Positions 19,628 through 29,465 of a stretch of 64,000 bases of DNA are shown in pieces. The position numbers and the translations under genes were made by a program. The DNA comes from Oscillospiraceae bacterium (GTDB taxonomy: Bacteria; Bacillota; Clostridia; Oscillospirales; CAG-272). The DNA lies in the NCBI GenBank assembly GCA_015063795.1, contig SVTL01000007.1, positions 12,600 through 76,599 on the forward strand, given 5' to 3'. The notes beneath the pieces were generated by a model. The model searched no databases. It saw nothing but the letters and a program-made list of their open reading frames with translations, and was not told the DNA's origin. Numbering within the stretch: the stretch's first letter is position 1; every line of letters starts with the position of its first letter.

Positions 19628-21262
19628 ATGTATACCTGCAAAGAGACCTACTGGCCCTGCCGCGACGGGGTGAAGATCTACACCAAGATCTATCTGCCGG
19701 CCGAGGAGGGGACGTTTCCCACGGTTTTGATCCGCACACCTTATGACAGTGTCCCTTCTTTCAACGAGGATTATGAAATTGCCCTGCGCAAGCATTATCT
19801 GGACGGTGGCTATGCGCTGGTGGTCCAGCACTGCCGCGGCACCTACAACAGCGAGGGTGAATTTTCTGCCACCATGCAGGAGCGGAACGACGGTCTGGAT
19901 GCGCTGGAGCACATCCGTCAGATGCCCTCTTACAACGGTGAGATCTTTCTGGACGGCACCAGCTACACCGCCACGGTCCATTTTGCCTATCTGGACACCA
20001 AGCCGCATGATGTAAAAGCGGCTATGTTCTGCGTTCAGCCCTGCATCCCCTATCTGAAGGAGTATGTGAACGGGCAGTTCAAGCATTCGCAGGTCACTGC
20101 CTGGCACGTGGCGCGCCGTGCTGTGAAGCAGCCTCTTCCCGAGGGAGAGGAGTACAAATTCCCTCACTATCTGAAAAAAGCCAAACCGATCAAAAATCTC
20201 TTCCCCATTTTGTTCGGGCGCGAGAATCCCGAATACACCAAGGATCTGATCCATCCCGATGCGCGCGATCCCTTCTGGAACGATCCGAATCAGGTTGGCG
20301 TTGTTTCCGACCAAATGGAGCGGCTTGAGATCCCGATCCTCTTCCGCGGCGGCTGGTATGATCCGTATGTAGAAGGTCTGGTACAGATGTGGGATCAGAT
20401 CCCGCCTGAAACCCGAAAGAAGTGCGGCCTGATCATCGGTCCCTGGGGACATTCGATGAAAATCAAGGAGCCCACGCCCATTCCGCTTCCGGGAACGCTG
20501 GTGGCCGAAAAGAATCTGTCGGTCAATTTCTTCGACCATGTCCGCAAGGGAACGCCCCTGTCCTTCGCTGAGGAGGGCAAGGTGAAATACTATGTGATGA
20601 ACGGCCGCGGATGGAAGACGGCAGACAGCCTGTCGGGTGTACTGACGAAAACCTTCTCCCTTTCCCAAGACGGTCTGCTGACCGAGGAACAGGCTGAGGC
20701 AGGCGAACGCTCGTATGCCTATGATCCCGAAAATCCTCCGTCCATGCCAGGCTCCATCCACTCGCTGAACACCACCTACGGCGGCTTTTGCGAGATTCCC
20801 GCCTTCGAGCGTTCGGATATCCTTTCCTTTGCGAGCCGTCCCATCGAAGAGCCGATGCTGCTCGACGGCTGCTCCGAATTGACGCTGAAAGTCAGAAGCG
20901 ACTGCGAGGATACCGCCTTCTTAGCCCGCGTGAACGCTCTCACCGCCGACGGCAAAAAGCTTCTCTTCGGCGAAACGATCACCGCCCTCCGCTATGAGCT
21001 GGGGGACTACACACCCAACGAAGAGGTCACCATCACGCTGCGCTTTTCGGCCGGTGCCTGGCTCTTCCATAAGGGCGACCGTCTGGTTCTGGATATCGCT
21101 TCGGCCAATTTCCCCGTCTTCCATGCCCATACCAACACCGCCGAGCCCTGGTATGAGGCGGAGGAGACCAAGGTGGCGCACAACACCGTCATCTGCGGTG
21201 CATCCTGCCTGAAGGTGCCGCTTTCTCCCTGCGCGGAGGATGCCTTTGAAGGCAAGCGGTAA
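19628..21262 (+). CDS. CocE/NonD family serine hydrolase (peptidase S15/amino-acid ester hydrolase-like), no signal peptide
   Basis: RDGVKI, LIRTPYD, RGTYNSEG, nucleophile GTSY, GGWYD, GPWGH; C-terminal jelly-roll domain. Confidence 0.9.
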   Translation: MYTCKETYWPCRDGVKIYTKIYLPAEEGTFPTVLIRTPYDSVPSFNEDYEIALRKHYLDGGYALVVQHCRGTYNSEGEFSATMQERNDGLDALEHIRQMPSYNGEIFLDGTSYTATVHFAYLDTKPHDVKAAMFCVQPCIPYLKEYVNGQFKHSQVTAWHVARRAVKQPLPEGEEYKFPHYLKKAKPIKNLFPILFGRENPEYTKDLIHPDARDPFWNDPNQVGVVSDQMERLEIPILFRGGWYDPYVEGLVQMWDQIPPETRKKCGLIIGPWGHSMKIKEPTPIPLPGTLVAEKNLSVNFFDHVRKGTPLSFAEEGKVKYYVMNGRGWKTADSLSGVLTKTFSLSQDGLLTEEQAEAGERSYAYDPENPPSMPGSIHSLNTTYGGFCEIPAFERSDILSFASRPIEEPMLLDGCSELTLKVRSDCEDTAFLARVNALTADGKKLLFGETITALRYELGDYTPNEEVTITLRFSAGAWLFHKGDRLVLDIASANFPVFHAHTNTAEPWYEAEETKVAHNTVICGASCLKVPLSPCAEDAFEGKR

Positions 21263-21316
21263 AAAACGGCAGCAAACGAGAAAAATAAAAAATATAACAT
21301 AGATCAGGAGATACTC

Positions 21317-23947
21317 ATGAAAAAAGAACTTGCCAAAACCTATTCTCCCGCCGAGATCGAGGACAGACTCTATGCCTGGTGGGAGGAGCAGGGGTATTTT
21401 ACCCCCGAGATGGACAAGGATAAAAAGCCCTTCTCCATCGTCATTCCCCCTCCGAACGTGACCGGTCAGCTGCACATGGGTCACGCGCTGAACAACACCT
21501 TCCAGGATATCATCATCCGCACCAAGCGTATGCAGGGCTATTCCACGCTGTGGGTGCCCGGTACCGACCACGCCGGCATTGCCACCCAGATCAAGGTGGA
21601 GGCCAACCTCCGCGAGCAGAAGGGACTCATGCGCCAGGACATTGGCCGCGAGGAGTTTTTGAAGCTTGTTTGGGAATGGAAGCAGGAGTACGGCGGACGC
21701 ATCATCAACCAGCTCAAGAAGCTGGGCTCCTCCTGCGACTGGTCGAGAGAGCGCTTCACCATGGACGAGAGCCTGTCGAGAGCGGTCCGCAAGACCTTTG
21801 TCAACCTGTACAACAAGGGACTGATCTACCGCGGTCTCCGCATCATCAACTGGTGCCCTCACTGCCTCACCGCCCTCAGTGACGCTGAGGTAGAGCACAA
21901 GGAGATCGGCGGCGCCTTCTGGCACATCCGCTATCCCGTCAAGGACAGCGACGAGTCGGTGATCATCGCCACCACCCGTCCCGAGACCATGCTGGGCGAC
22001 TCGGCTGTGGCCGTTCACCCCGAGGACGAGCGCTATCAGCACCTGATCGGCAAAACGCTGATCCTGCCTCTGGTCGGCCGAGAGATCCCTGTTGTGGCCG
22101 ACGATTACGTGGACCGCGAGTTCGGCACGGGCTGTGTGAAGATCACGCCCTGCCACGACCCCAACGACTTTGAGATCGGTCAGCGCCACAACCTGGAGAT
22201 GATTTCGGTGTTCGGCGAGGACGCCAAGATCAACGAAAAGGGCGGCCGCTATGAGGGACTGGATCGCTTCGAGGCGAGAAAGGTCATCGTGGAGGATCTG
22301 AAGAAGGAAGGGGATCTGGTCAAGATCGAGGAGCATTCGCACGCGGTCGGTCACTGCTACCGCTGCGGCACCATCGTCGAGCCGACGGCCTCCAAGCAGT
22401 GGTTCGTCAAGATGGAGCCTCTGGCCAAGCCCGCCATCGAGGTGGTCAAGGACGGCGAGATCCAGTATATTCCCGACCGCTTCAGCAAGATCTACCTCAA
22501 CTGGATGGAAAACATTCACGACTGGTGCATTTCCCGTCAGCTGTGGTGGGGACACCGCATTCCCGCCTTCTATTGCTCCGACTGCGGCGAATTGATCGTC
22601 AGTGAGACCGATGTTCACACCTGCCCCAAGTGCGGGTCCAAGAACATGAAGCAGGACGAGGACGTGCTGGACACCTGGTTCTCCTCCGCTCTGTGGCCCT
22701 TCTCCACGCTGGGCTGGCCGGACAAGACCGAGGAGCTTGACTACTACTATCCCACCAACGTTCTGGTCACCGCTTACGACATCATCACCTTCTGGGTTTC
22801 AAAAATGATCTTCATGGCGCTGGAAAATGTGGAACAAATTCCGTTCCCGCGCGTCTTTATACATGGATTGGTCAGAGATGCCCAGGGACGCAAGATGTCC
22901 AAGTCGCTCGGAAACGGCATCGATCCGCTGGAGGTCATCAAGGTCTACGGCGCCGACGCTCTCCGCTTTGCTCTGGCCACGGGCAACTCCCCCGGCAACG
23001 ATATGCGCTTCTCGGATGAAAAGATCGAGGCCGCGCGCAACTTCAACAACAAGATCTGGAATGCCGCCCGTTTCATTCTGATGAATCTGGACATCGATTC
23101 CTGCCAGCTTCCCGCCTCGGACAAGCTGACGCTGGCCGACAAGTGGATTTTGACCAAGTACAACCGCCTGGTCAAGGAAGTGGTGGCCAACATCGACAAT
23201 TACGAAATCGGAATTGCGCTGGGCAAGCTGTATGACTTCATCTGGGATGTGTTCTGCGACTGGTACATTGAGCTGACCAAGAACCGTCTCTCCGACAAGG
23301 GCAGCGAGGACAACGCTGTGGCGCAGAACACCATCTGCTGGGTCTTCTCCAATACCCTCAAGCTGCTGCATCCCTATATGCCCTTCATCACCGAGGAGAT
23401 CTGGCAGTCGATGCCTCATGAGGGCGAAAGCATCATGATCAGCGAATACCCGACCTATGATCCTGCTCTCGACTTCGCTTCCGATGAAGCCGAGATGGAG
23501 CGTATCCTCACGGCCATCAAGGCCATCCGCAACCGCCGCGCCGAGATGAACGTGCCTCCGTCCCGCAAGGCCAAGCTGGTCATTGCCTCGGCTTACGGCG
23601 ACACCTTCAACGAAAGCGCATCGCCCTACTTCCTGCGTCTGGCTTCGGCCTCGTCCGTGGAGTATGATCCCGCTTACGCCGACGAAAAGGCGGTGCAGAT
23701 CATCACCGACAGCGCCAACCTCTTCATTCCCCTGGCCGACATGATCGACCTGGACAAGGAGAAGGAGCGTTTGAACAAGGAAAAGGCCAACACCGAGGGC
23801 GAGATCAAGCGCCTGGAGGGCAAGCTGTCCAACGCAGGCTTCACCGCCAAGGCACCCGCTGCCGTGGTGGAGGGCGAGAAAAACAAGCTGGCAGGCTACA
23901 AGGAAAAGCTGGCCGGCATCCTCAAGGCGATCGAACAGCTGGGCTGA
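21317..23947 (+). CDS. valS: Valine--tRNA ligase
   Basis: [31 protein letters not shown]-terminal coiled coil. Confidence 0.98.
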   Translation: MKKELAKTYSPAEIEDRLYAWWEEQGYFTPEMDKDKKPFSIVIPPPNVTGQLHMGHALNNTFQDIIIRTKRMQGYSTLWVPGTDHAGIATQIKVEANLREQKGLMRQDIGREEFLKLVWEWKQEYGGRIINQLKKLGSSCDWSRERFTMDESLSRAVRKTFVNLYNKGLIYRGLRIINWCPHCLTALSDAEVEHKEIGGAFWHIRYPVKDSDESVIIATTRPETMLGDSAVAVHPEDERYQHLIGKTLILPLVGREIPVVADDYVDREFGTGCVKITPCHDPNDFEIGQRHNLEMISVFGEDAKINEKGGRYEGLDRFEARKVIVEDLKKEGDLVKIEEHSHAVGHCYRCGTIVEPTASKQWFVKMEPLAKPAIEVVKDGEIQYIPDRFSKIYLNWMENIHDWCISRQLWWGHRIPAFYCSDCGELIVSETDVHTCPKCGSKNMKQDEDVLDTWFSSALWPFSTLGWPDKTEELDYYYPTNVLVTAYDIITFWVSKMIFMALENVEQIPFPRVFIHGLVRDAQGRKMSKSLGNGIDPLEVIKVYGADALRFALATGNSPGNDMRFSDEKIEAARNFNNKIWNAARFILMNLDIDSCQLPASDKLTLADKWILTKYNRLVKEVVANIDNYEIGIALGKLYDFIWDVFCDWYIELTKNRLSDKGSEDNAVAQNTICWVFSNTLKLLHPYMPFITEEIWQSMPHEGESIMISEYPTYDPALDFASDEAEMERILTAIKAIRNRRAEMNVPPSRKAKLVIASAYGDTFNESASPYFLRLASASSVEYDPAYADEKAVQIITDSANLFIPLADMIDLDKEKERLNKEKANTEGEIKRLEGKLSNAGFTAKAPAAVVEGEKNKLAGYKEKLAGILKAIEQLG

Positions 23948-23979
23948 TCGATTCTTGAACGATTCTTGATACGCGCAAG

Positions 23980-24018
23980 GGTGGGACTTGGGCAGAGAAA
24001 ACCCGTCCGAGTCCCACA
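23980..24018 (+). terminator. Strong hairpin after valS
   Basis: GTGGGACTTGGGC ... GTCCGAGTCCCAC. Confidence 0.55.
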
Positions 24019-24111
24019 TAGCCTTTGATAAGGCTTTGCTGTGTTTTTTGAGAAAACGGCAGAATTGTCTGTAGCATCCGAAAAAACACGGCTGAATGAA
24101 TGGAAAAAAAC

Positions 24112-24696
24112 ATGAATGCAATCTCCAAGCTCATAAGGCGATTCACCATACCGCCCGTGTTTGCGGCACTTCTGCTGCTCGTCGTCTATGCGGCCTTTCC
24201 CCAGGATAACGGAGGGATCGGGCATCTTCTTTGCGGGATCTTCTTTTTGAGCGTGCTTCCTGCGCTTGCCTATCCGCTGCAAAAGCACTTTGCCCATTTT
24301 AAGGACAGAGGCCGAGAGGGACAGCGCAGTCTTGCCATGATCTTCTCCTTTGTCGGCTATTTGCTGGGAACGGTCGTTTCCTTTGTGCTTTCCGCGCCCG
24401 TCCGTCTGAAGCTTCTTTATTGCGAATACCTGCTCTGCGGCGTCGGTATGCTGCTGCTGAACAAGGTCTTTGCCGTCAAGGCCAGCGGTCATGCCTGCGG
24501 TGTGGTCGGTCCGGTGATCATGCTGTTTTATTTTGGCTTGTATCTGCCGGCTCTGATCGGAATTGCCTGTATTCTTCCCGTGTATGTGTCGAGCGTAAAA
24601 ACCAAAAGCCACACGGTCCGACAGCTTGTGATCGGCAGTGCCATTCCGGCTGTTGTTCTGGCTCTTCTTGTGTCTGTTCAAACTCTTCTTGTATGA
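24112..24696 (+). CDS. Multi-pass membrane protein, PAP2-superfamily-like
   Basis: About 6 hydrophobic segments; KASGHACG and SHTVRQLVIG resemble PAP2 C2/C3 motifs; alternative start at 24100. Confidence 0.5.
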   Translation: MNAISKLIRRFTIPPVFAALLLLVVYAAFPQDNGGIGHLLCGIFFLSVLPALAYPLQKHFAHFKDRGREGQRSLAMIFSFVGYLLGTVVSFVLSAPVRLKLLYCEYLLCGVGMLLLNKVFAVKASGHACGVVGPVIMLFYFGLYLPALIGIACILPVYVSSVKTKSHTVRQLVIGSAIPAVVLALLVSVQTLLV

Positions 24697-24803
24697 TCCG
24701 ATAAAAGACGGGGATATGCGGTGCCTCTTCCGCTTTTTGAGCGTTGGCTTCGCGCATCTTCCGCCTGATATAGACTGAATCATTGCATGAAAGGAGATCC
24801 TTT

Positions 24804-25913
24804 ATGAAAAACAAGAGAACCCTATTAACCGCTCTTGCGGTCCTGATGGCCGCAGCCATGCTCCTCTCCTCCTGCGCGGCCACCGAGCAGATGACCAACG
24901 GAGGACGTGATTTCTATGATGTGACCGTCAAGGATATGGTTGTATCCGAGGATTCGGCTTATGTGCAGTCGGCACCTTCGATGATGGAAGGCGGATTCAA
25001 CTACGCCGCCGATAAGAAGTCCGAGGCCGAGTATGAAATGATGATGCCCGAAACCACGGCGGCGGCATCGAAAGCACCCTCGTCCCCCGTCGAAACGGGC
25101 AAGCCCGATCCGTCTGAGCAGACGCGCAAGATCATCAAGACCGTCTCTCTTGAGCTGCAGACGCTGAATTTTGACAAGACCACCAAGGACATCGTCGCCC
25201 TCACCGAATCCATGGGCGGATACGTGGAAAATTCCTATGTCAGCGGAAGCGAGATCGGCTACCGCGGCATCGTCCAGCGCCACGCTTCGTACACGCTCCG
25301 CGTCCCTGCCGAGAAGATCGATGCCTTTGTCTCTGGCGTCAGTGCCGATGTGAATGTGCTGAACAAGCGCGAGAACGCCGATGACATCACCGAGACCTAT
25401 TACGACGCCAAGGCCCGTCTCAATTCGCTTCTCATTCAGGAGGAGCGGCTGACCGAGATGTTGAAGGACGCCAAGGAGCTGCAGTATATGCTGGAGGTCG
25501 AGCGCGAGCTGGCCAACGTCCGCTACGAGATCGAGAGCTACTACTCCCGCCTGAGACGGTACGATTCGCAGGTGTCCATGTCTACCGTTTCGATCTCGCT
25601 GTACGAGGTGGTGGAGTATGAGGAGGTCATCGAGCCGCCCAAGAGCTTCGGCGAGAAGATGAAGACGGCTGTCACCAACTCCTGGAACAACTTCCTCGAC
25701 GACGGAGAGGACTTCCTGATCGATCTGGTCTATGCTTTGCCGGGATTGCTCATCTTTGCTTTGATCGTTGCGGTCATCGTCCTTGTGATCCGCGCCCTGA
25801 TCCGCCGCAGCCGCAGAAAGCGCATGGAGAGACAGAAGCTGTATATGGCTGCCTGCCCTCCGCCTGCCGCACCCGCGGAAGCGCCCAAGCCGAGTGAAGA
25901 GAAAAAGGAATAA
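24804..25913 (+). CDS. DUF4349-like lipoprotein with C-terminal TM anchor
   Basis: Lipobox LSSC; RKIIKT, GGYVENS, LRVPAE, DITETYYD, coiled coil. Confidence 0.8.
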   Translation: MKNKRTLLTALAVLMAAAMLLSSCAATEQMTNGGRDFYDVTVKDMVVSEDSAYVQSAPSMMEGGFNYAADKKSEAEYEMMMPETTAAASKAPSSPVETGKPDPSEQTRKIIKTVSLELQTLNFDKTTKDIVALTESMGGYVENSYVSGSEIGYRGIVQRHASYTLRVPAEKIDAFVSGVSADVNVLNKRENADDITETYYDAKARLNSLLIQEERLTEMLKDAKELQYMLEVERELANVRYEIESYYSRLRRYDSQVSMSTVSISLYEVVEYEEVIEPPKSFGEKMKTAVTNSWNNFLDDGEDFLIDLVYALPGLLIFALIVAVIVLVIRALIRRSRRKRMERQKLYMAACPPPAAPAEAPKPSEEKKE

Positions 25914-25933
25914 GAAAACCCAATCCGACAAAA

Positions 25934-25998
25934 AGATCCCCCGTTCTATCATGAGCGGGGGATTTCTGTATGTGTTTATGAGCGGGGGATTTTGTATG
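25934..25998. terminator. Terminator between convergent genes, with a duplicated 3' arm
   Basis: AGATCCCCCGTTC-tatcat-GAGCGGGGGATTT; ATGAGCGGGGGATTT repeated at 25951 and 25978. Confidence 0.6.
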
Positions 25999-26012
25999 GA
26001 GTGGATAAGCGG

Positions 26013-27749
26013 TCAAACGCCTGCGGGCTGAGGGGCGGCTGCCTGTTCGGTGCGCGCTTCCTCTTCTTTTTCGAGGACGGTATAAGCCACCTTGCCCACC
26101 AGCGTTTTGGGCAGAGAGCCGCGGATCTCGATCTCATAGGGCATGGCGTATTTGGCGATGTGCTTGCGGCAGTGTGCAAACAAACTTTCCTTCAGCTCTT
26201 CCGATTCGGCAAAGCCGGGGCGAAGCACCACAAAGGCTTTGACCTTCTGGATCTTATACGGATCGCGCACGCCGATCACACAGCTCATCTGCACCGCCTC
26301 GTGGGCTTCGATGATGTTCTCCAGCTGTGAGGGATAAACGTTGTAGCCGCTGGTGATGATCATGCGCTTGATGCGCTGCTTGAAGTAGACGAAGCCCTCC
26401 TCGTCCATCGAGCCCAGATCGCCGGTGTGGAGCCATGTATGACCGTCGGCGTGGACGCGGAGCGTGTCGGCATTTTCCTCGGGATGGTTGAGATAGCCCA
26501 GCATCACAGAAGGACCGCGCAGGCAGATCTCGCCCTCTTCTCCATAGGGAAGCTCCTCGTTGGTGCCCACGCCGCAGATGGCATAATAGGTGTCGGGGTA
26601 GGGGATGCCGATGCTGCCCTCTTTTTCCTTGTCAAAGGGAGTCAGACAGCTGGCGGTGACGCATTCGGTGGTGCCGTAGCCCTCGCGGACGCGGACGGAT
26701 GCGCCGTGGTCGGCAAGGAATTTGTCCAGCTTCTTCTTCAGCTCGATGGACAGCGAATCGCCGCCCGAGAAGACACCGTACAGGCAGTCCAGCTTCGCCT
26801 TATCCATCTCCTTGCTTCGCGTCAGCGCCTCATAGAGGGTGGGGACGCCCGCGATGAAGTTGGGACGCTCCTTGGTGACCAGCTTGGCATAGCTGGAGAC
26901 GTTGAAGCGGGGGACAAGGATGGAGCGTCCGCCGCAGGCCAGCATGGTGTGGACGCAGACGCCCAGCCCGAAGCCGTGGAACATGGGCATGGCGGCCAGC
27001 ATGCTCTTGCCTTTGACCTGGCAGTGGCTCATTTCGGCAGTCTGAAGCGCCAGAGCGTTGAAATTCAGATTGGAGAGCAGGATCGCCTTGGTTTTTCCCG
27101 TGGTGCCGCCCGAAAAGAGGATGACAGCCGCATCGGTATCCTTTTTGTTGACAGCGCAGGGCTTGTCATAGCGTTGACCGCCCGCCAGAAAATCCTTCCA
27201 GAGGACGGTGGTGCTGTCGGGCGTCACCTTTTTGATCTTGCGCCCCTGGGTGAGGGCATAGCCGATCTTCATCACGCCGGAAAGCGCATCGCCCACCGAG
27301 GTGATCAGGAGCTTATCCACCGGGTATTGCTCGGTGACCTCCTTCATTTTCGGATAGAACTGGTCGAGGGTAAGAACAGTGCGGCTCTTGACCTCCTTCA
27401 GATAAAAGACCAGCTCGCCGACTGCGGACAGCGGATGCACCATCGAGGCGATGGCACCAATGCGGTTGAGTGCATACAGGCAGTAGACGGTCTGCGGAAC
27501 GTTGGGCATGCAGAGGGTGACCACATCGCCCTCGCGGATGCCGAGAGCGGCAAAGGCCTTGGCGGTCTGTTCGATACGCTCGGCGAGCGTGCGGTAAGAA
27601 ATGTCGCTTCCCATAAAGGAAAGAGCGGTCAGCTCGGGATTATCCTTTGCCGTTGTCAAAACCTGATCGGAGATCGAGTGGGAGGGATAAGTCAGGTGAA
27701 AGGAAAGATCGCCGTAGCTGCTTTCCCAGGGGGCGTTAGATGCGGACAT
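26013..27749 (-). CDS. Acyl-CoA synthetase / AMP-binding enzyme (long-chain-fatty-acid--CoA ligase-like)
   Basis: FSGGTTGKTK, GYGTTE, LHTGDLG, LPKTLVGK. Confidence 0.92.
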   Translation of the reverse strand: MSASNAPWESSYGDLSFHLTYPSHSISDQVLTTAKDNPELTALSFMGSDISYRTLAERIEQTAKAFAALGIREGDVVTLCMPNVPQTVYCLYALNRIGAIASMVHPLSAVGELVFYLKEVKSRTVLTLDQFYPKMKEVTEQYPVDKLLITSVGDALSGVMKIGYALTQGRKIKKVTPDSTTVLWKDFLAGGQRYDKPCAVNKKDTDAAVILFSGGTTGKTKAILLSNLNFNALALQTAEMSHCQVKGKSMLAAMPMFHGFGLGVCVHTMLACGGRSILVPRFNVSSYAKLVTKERPNFIAGVPTLYEALTRSKEMDKAKLDCLYGVFSGGDSLSIELKKKLDKFLADHGASVRVREGYGTTECVTASCLTPFDKEKEGSIGIPYPDTYYAICGVGTNEELPYGEEGEICLRGPSVMLGYLNHPEENADTLRVHADGHTWLHTGDLGSMDEEGFVYFKQRIKRMIITSGYNVYPSQLENIIEAHEAVQMSCVIGVRDPYKIQKVKAFVVLRPGFAESEELKESLFAHCRKHIAKYAMPYEIEIRGSLPKTLVGKVAYTVLEKEEEARTEQAAAPQPAGV

Positions 27750-28617
27750 CGTCGGGTACCTCCATGATCGGTTTTTCCAGCAGGGCGGGATGCTCCAGCA
27801 GGTATTTGAGCAGACGGAACGAGCCGGCATAATACACGCCGTCGGCGATGCGTTCGTCCACGGTAAAGGCCAGATCCACCTGCTCCTTCATCTCATAGGA
27901 GCCGTCGGGCGCAAAGATCGGCGCGATCCTCTTCTCGCCGATGCAGACGAAGAAGGAGTTGGTGCCCCAGTTGGTCAGGTGGTGATAGGATGCCGACATC
28001 TTGATGCTGCCCAGATTGGAGATGAACACCGTCGAATAATAGGGGTCCTCTCTGGAGATGCTTTCGGGCATGATGCCGTTGTAATCGAGAAAGCGGAGAA
28101 CGGCAACCACGATCTTGAGCAGCCAGCGGGGAAGCTTGGTCAGCGTGTCCATGATGTCGGTCGCGCCGTCGGTCTTGTTCTCCTTGCGGAAGCCTGTGAC
28201 CTGCTTTTGGATCAGATCATGGACCTCCTGCAGAGGGTTGCTGTCCTCGCCTCGGTTGACCTTGAACTTGACCAGCCCCTCGGCTCCCTTGTCGTCCAGC
28301 GTTTTCTTGCAGGTGAAGGCGATGATGATGTCCTTCCGCTCATACAGACGGTGCCCCGCCACAAAACGGTTCATCTTCGGGCGGAGCGCCACGGTTTTGG
28401 CGATGGCGGCGGTGATCAGATGAAAGAGGGTGTATTTGAAATCGATGCCCTCCACGTTCTTTTCCTTGAGAAAGCTGTTGGCCTCGGTCAGATCGATGGC
28501 AAACTGCCCCACCGCCTCGTTGTCGGCGCGGTTGGGGAGCAGATAGGGCATGAATTTGTGCATGGAATCGATGTCGCTCAGCCAATAGGCGTCCCGGCGC
28601 TCGTGCTTCTGTTTCAT
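27736..28617 (-). CDS. Stand-alone 2-oxoacid dehydrogenase E2-type acyltransferase catalytic domain, no lipoyl domain
   Basis: RPKMNRFV, FISNLGSI, TVDERIADG in place of canonical DHRxxDG. Confidence 0.8.
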   Translation of the reverse strand: MKQKHERRDAYWLSDIDSMHKFMPYLLPNRADNEAVGQFAIDLTEANSFLKEKNVEGIDFKYTLFHLITAAIAKTVALRPKMNRFVAGHRLYERKDIIIAFTCKKTLDDKGAEGLVKFKVNRGEDSNPLQEVHDLIQKQVTGFRKENKTDGATDIMDTLTKLPRWLLKIVVAVLRFLDYNGIMPESISREDPYYSTVFISNLGSIKMSASYHHLTNWGTNSFFVCIGEKRIAPIFAPDGSYEMKEQVDLAFTVDERIADGVYYAGSFRLLKYLLEHPALLEKPIMEVPDDVRI

Positions 28618-29255
28618 GATGGAAGATCCGCCTTTCTTTCGTGAATGGAGTTGTCGCTGACCGCCTTGATCAGCGTGGGGAGAAAATAGGGATTATCCGC
28701 AAAGGGGGCGGTGACGGCATTCAGCCTTTGGCTCAGTTCGGCAGGACTCTCCACCATGTTGCGGCAGATCCAGTCCACGCTCAGAGCGATGATGCCCCCC
28801 AGCTGGTATTGAACAAAAATGGTCTTTTCGTCGCTGGGAGAGACGTTGTTTTCATCAAAAAAGCCCTCGATCAGCGCGTTGCTGTACAGCCAGAAGTTGT
28901 TGTACAGAAGATGGGACAGCGAGGCATCCTTCAGCTTCAGCAGGTAGTGCCGATGCTCATAGAGAATGTCGAAAAAGAGGCGGTACATCTCGCCGCTGTC
29001 AAAGCTTTTGCTTTCAAACAAAATCGTCAGCCGTTCGCTGTAAGAGGCGAAGAGCGATTCGATGAATTTGGCAATGATGTCGTCCTTGCCCTCGTAGTTG
29101 CGGTAAAAGGACTGACGCGCCACACCCGCCTTTTCGGTGATGTTGGCGATCTTGATGTCCTCATACTTCTTTTCATCCAGCAGGGAGAGCAGCGCGCCGA
29201 AGATCCAGTCCCGCGTCCGCTTGACCTGCTTGTTGACGGCCTTCAGGAATTTCAA
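28614..29255 (-). CDS. TetR/AcrR family transcriptional regulator
   Basis: IKIANITEKAGVARQSFYRNYEGKDDI HTH; TTG start after GGAGGAG. Confidence 0.92.
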   Translation of the reverse strand: MKFLKAVNKQVKRTRDWIFGALLSLLDEKKYEDIKIANITEKAGVARQSFYRNYEGKDDIIAKFIESLFASYSERLTILFESKSFDSGEMYRLFFDILYEHRHYLLKLKDASLSHLLYNNFWLYSNALIEGFFDENNVSPSDEKTIFVQYQLGGIIALSVDWICRNMVESPAELSQRLNAVTAPFADNPYFLPTLIKAVSDNSIHERKADLPS

Positions 29256-29289
29256 ACGACTCCTCCTTTCTATCTCATAGTGTCTAAAC

Positions 29290-29334
29290 TGTTACAAGTG
29301 TAACACATTTTGCGCCGTATGTCAAGAAGTGACA
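29290..29334 (-). promoter_or_regulatory. Promoter of the tetR operon with palindromic operator(s)
   Basis: TTGACA(29325-29320)-17 nt-TACACT(29302-29297); palindrome TGTTACA-AG-TGTAACA at 29290-29305 over the -10; TGTCA-N5-TGACA at 29320-29334 over the -35. Confidence 0.75.
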
Positions 29335-29465
29335 AACAGATTTTGAATATTTAAGAATTGGAGTGTGAAAAAAGAATAATCGATGTGAAAAAAACAACAA
29401 AATCCCCCTTGCAAGCCGTTGAGGGTTCGGCCGCAAAGGGGATCGTTTTGTTGTGAAAGGGAAGC

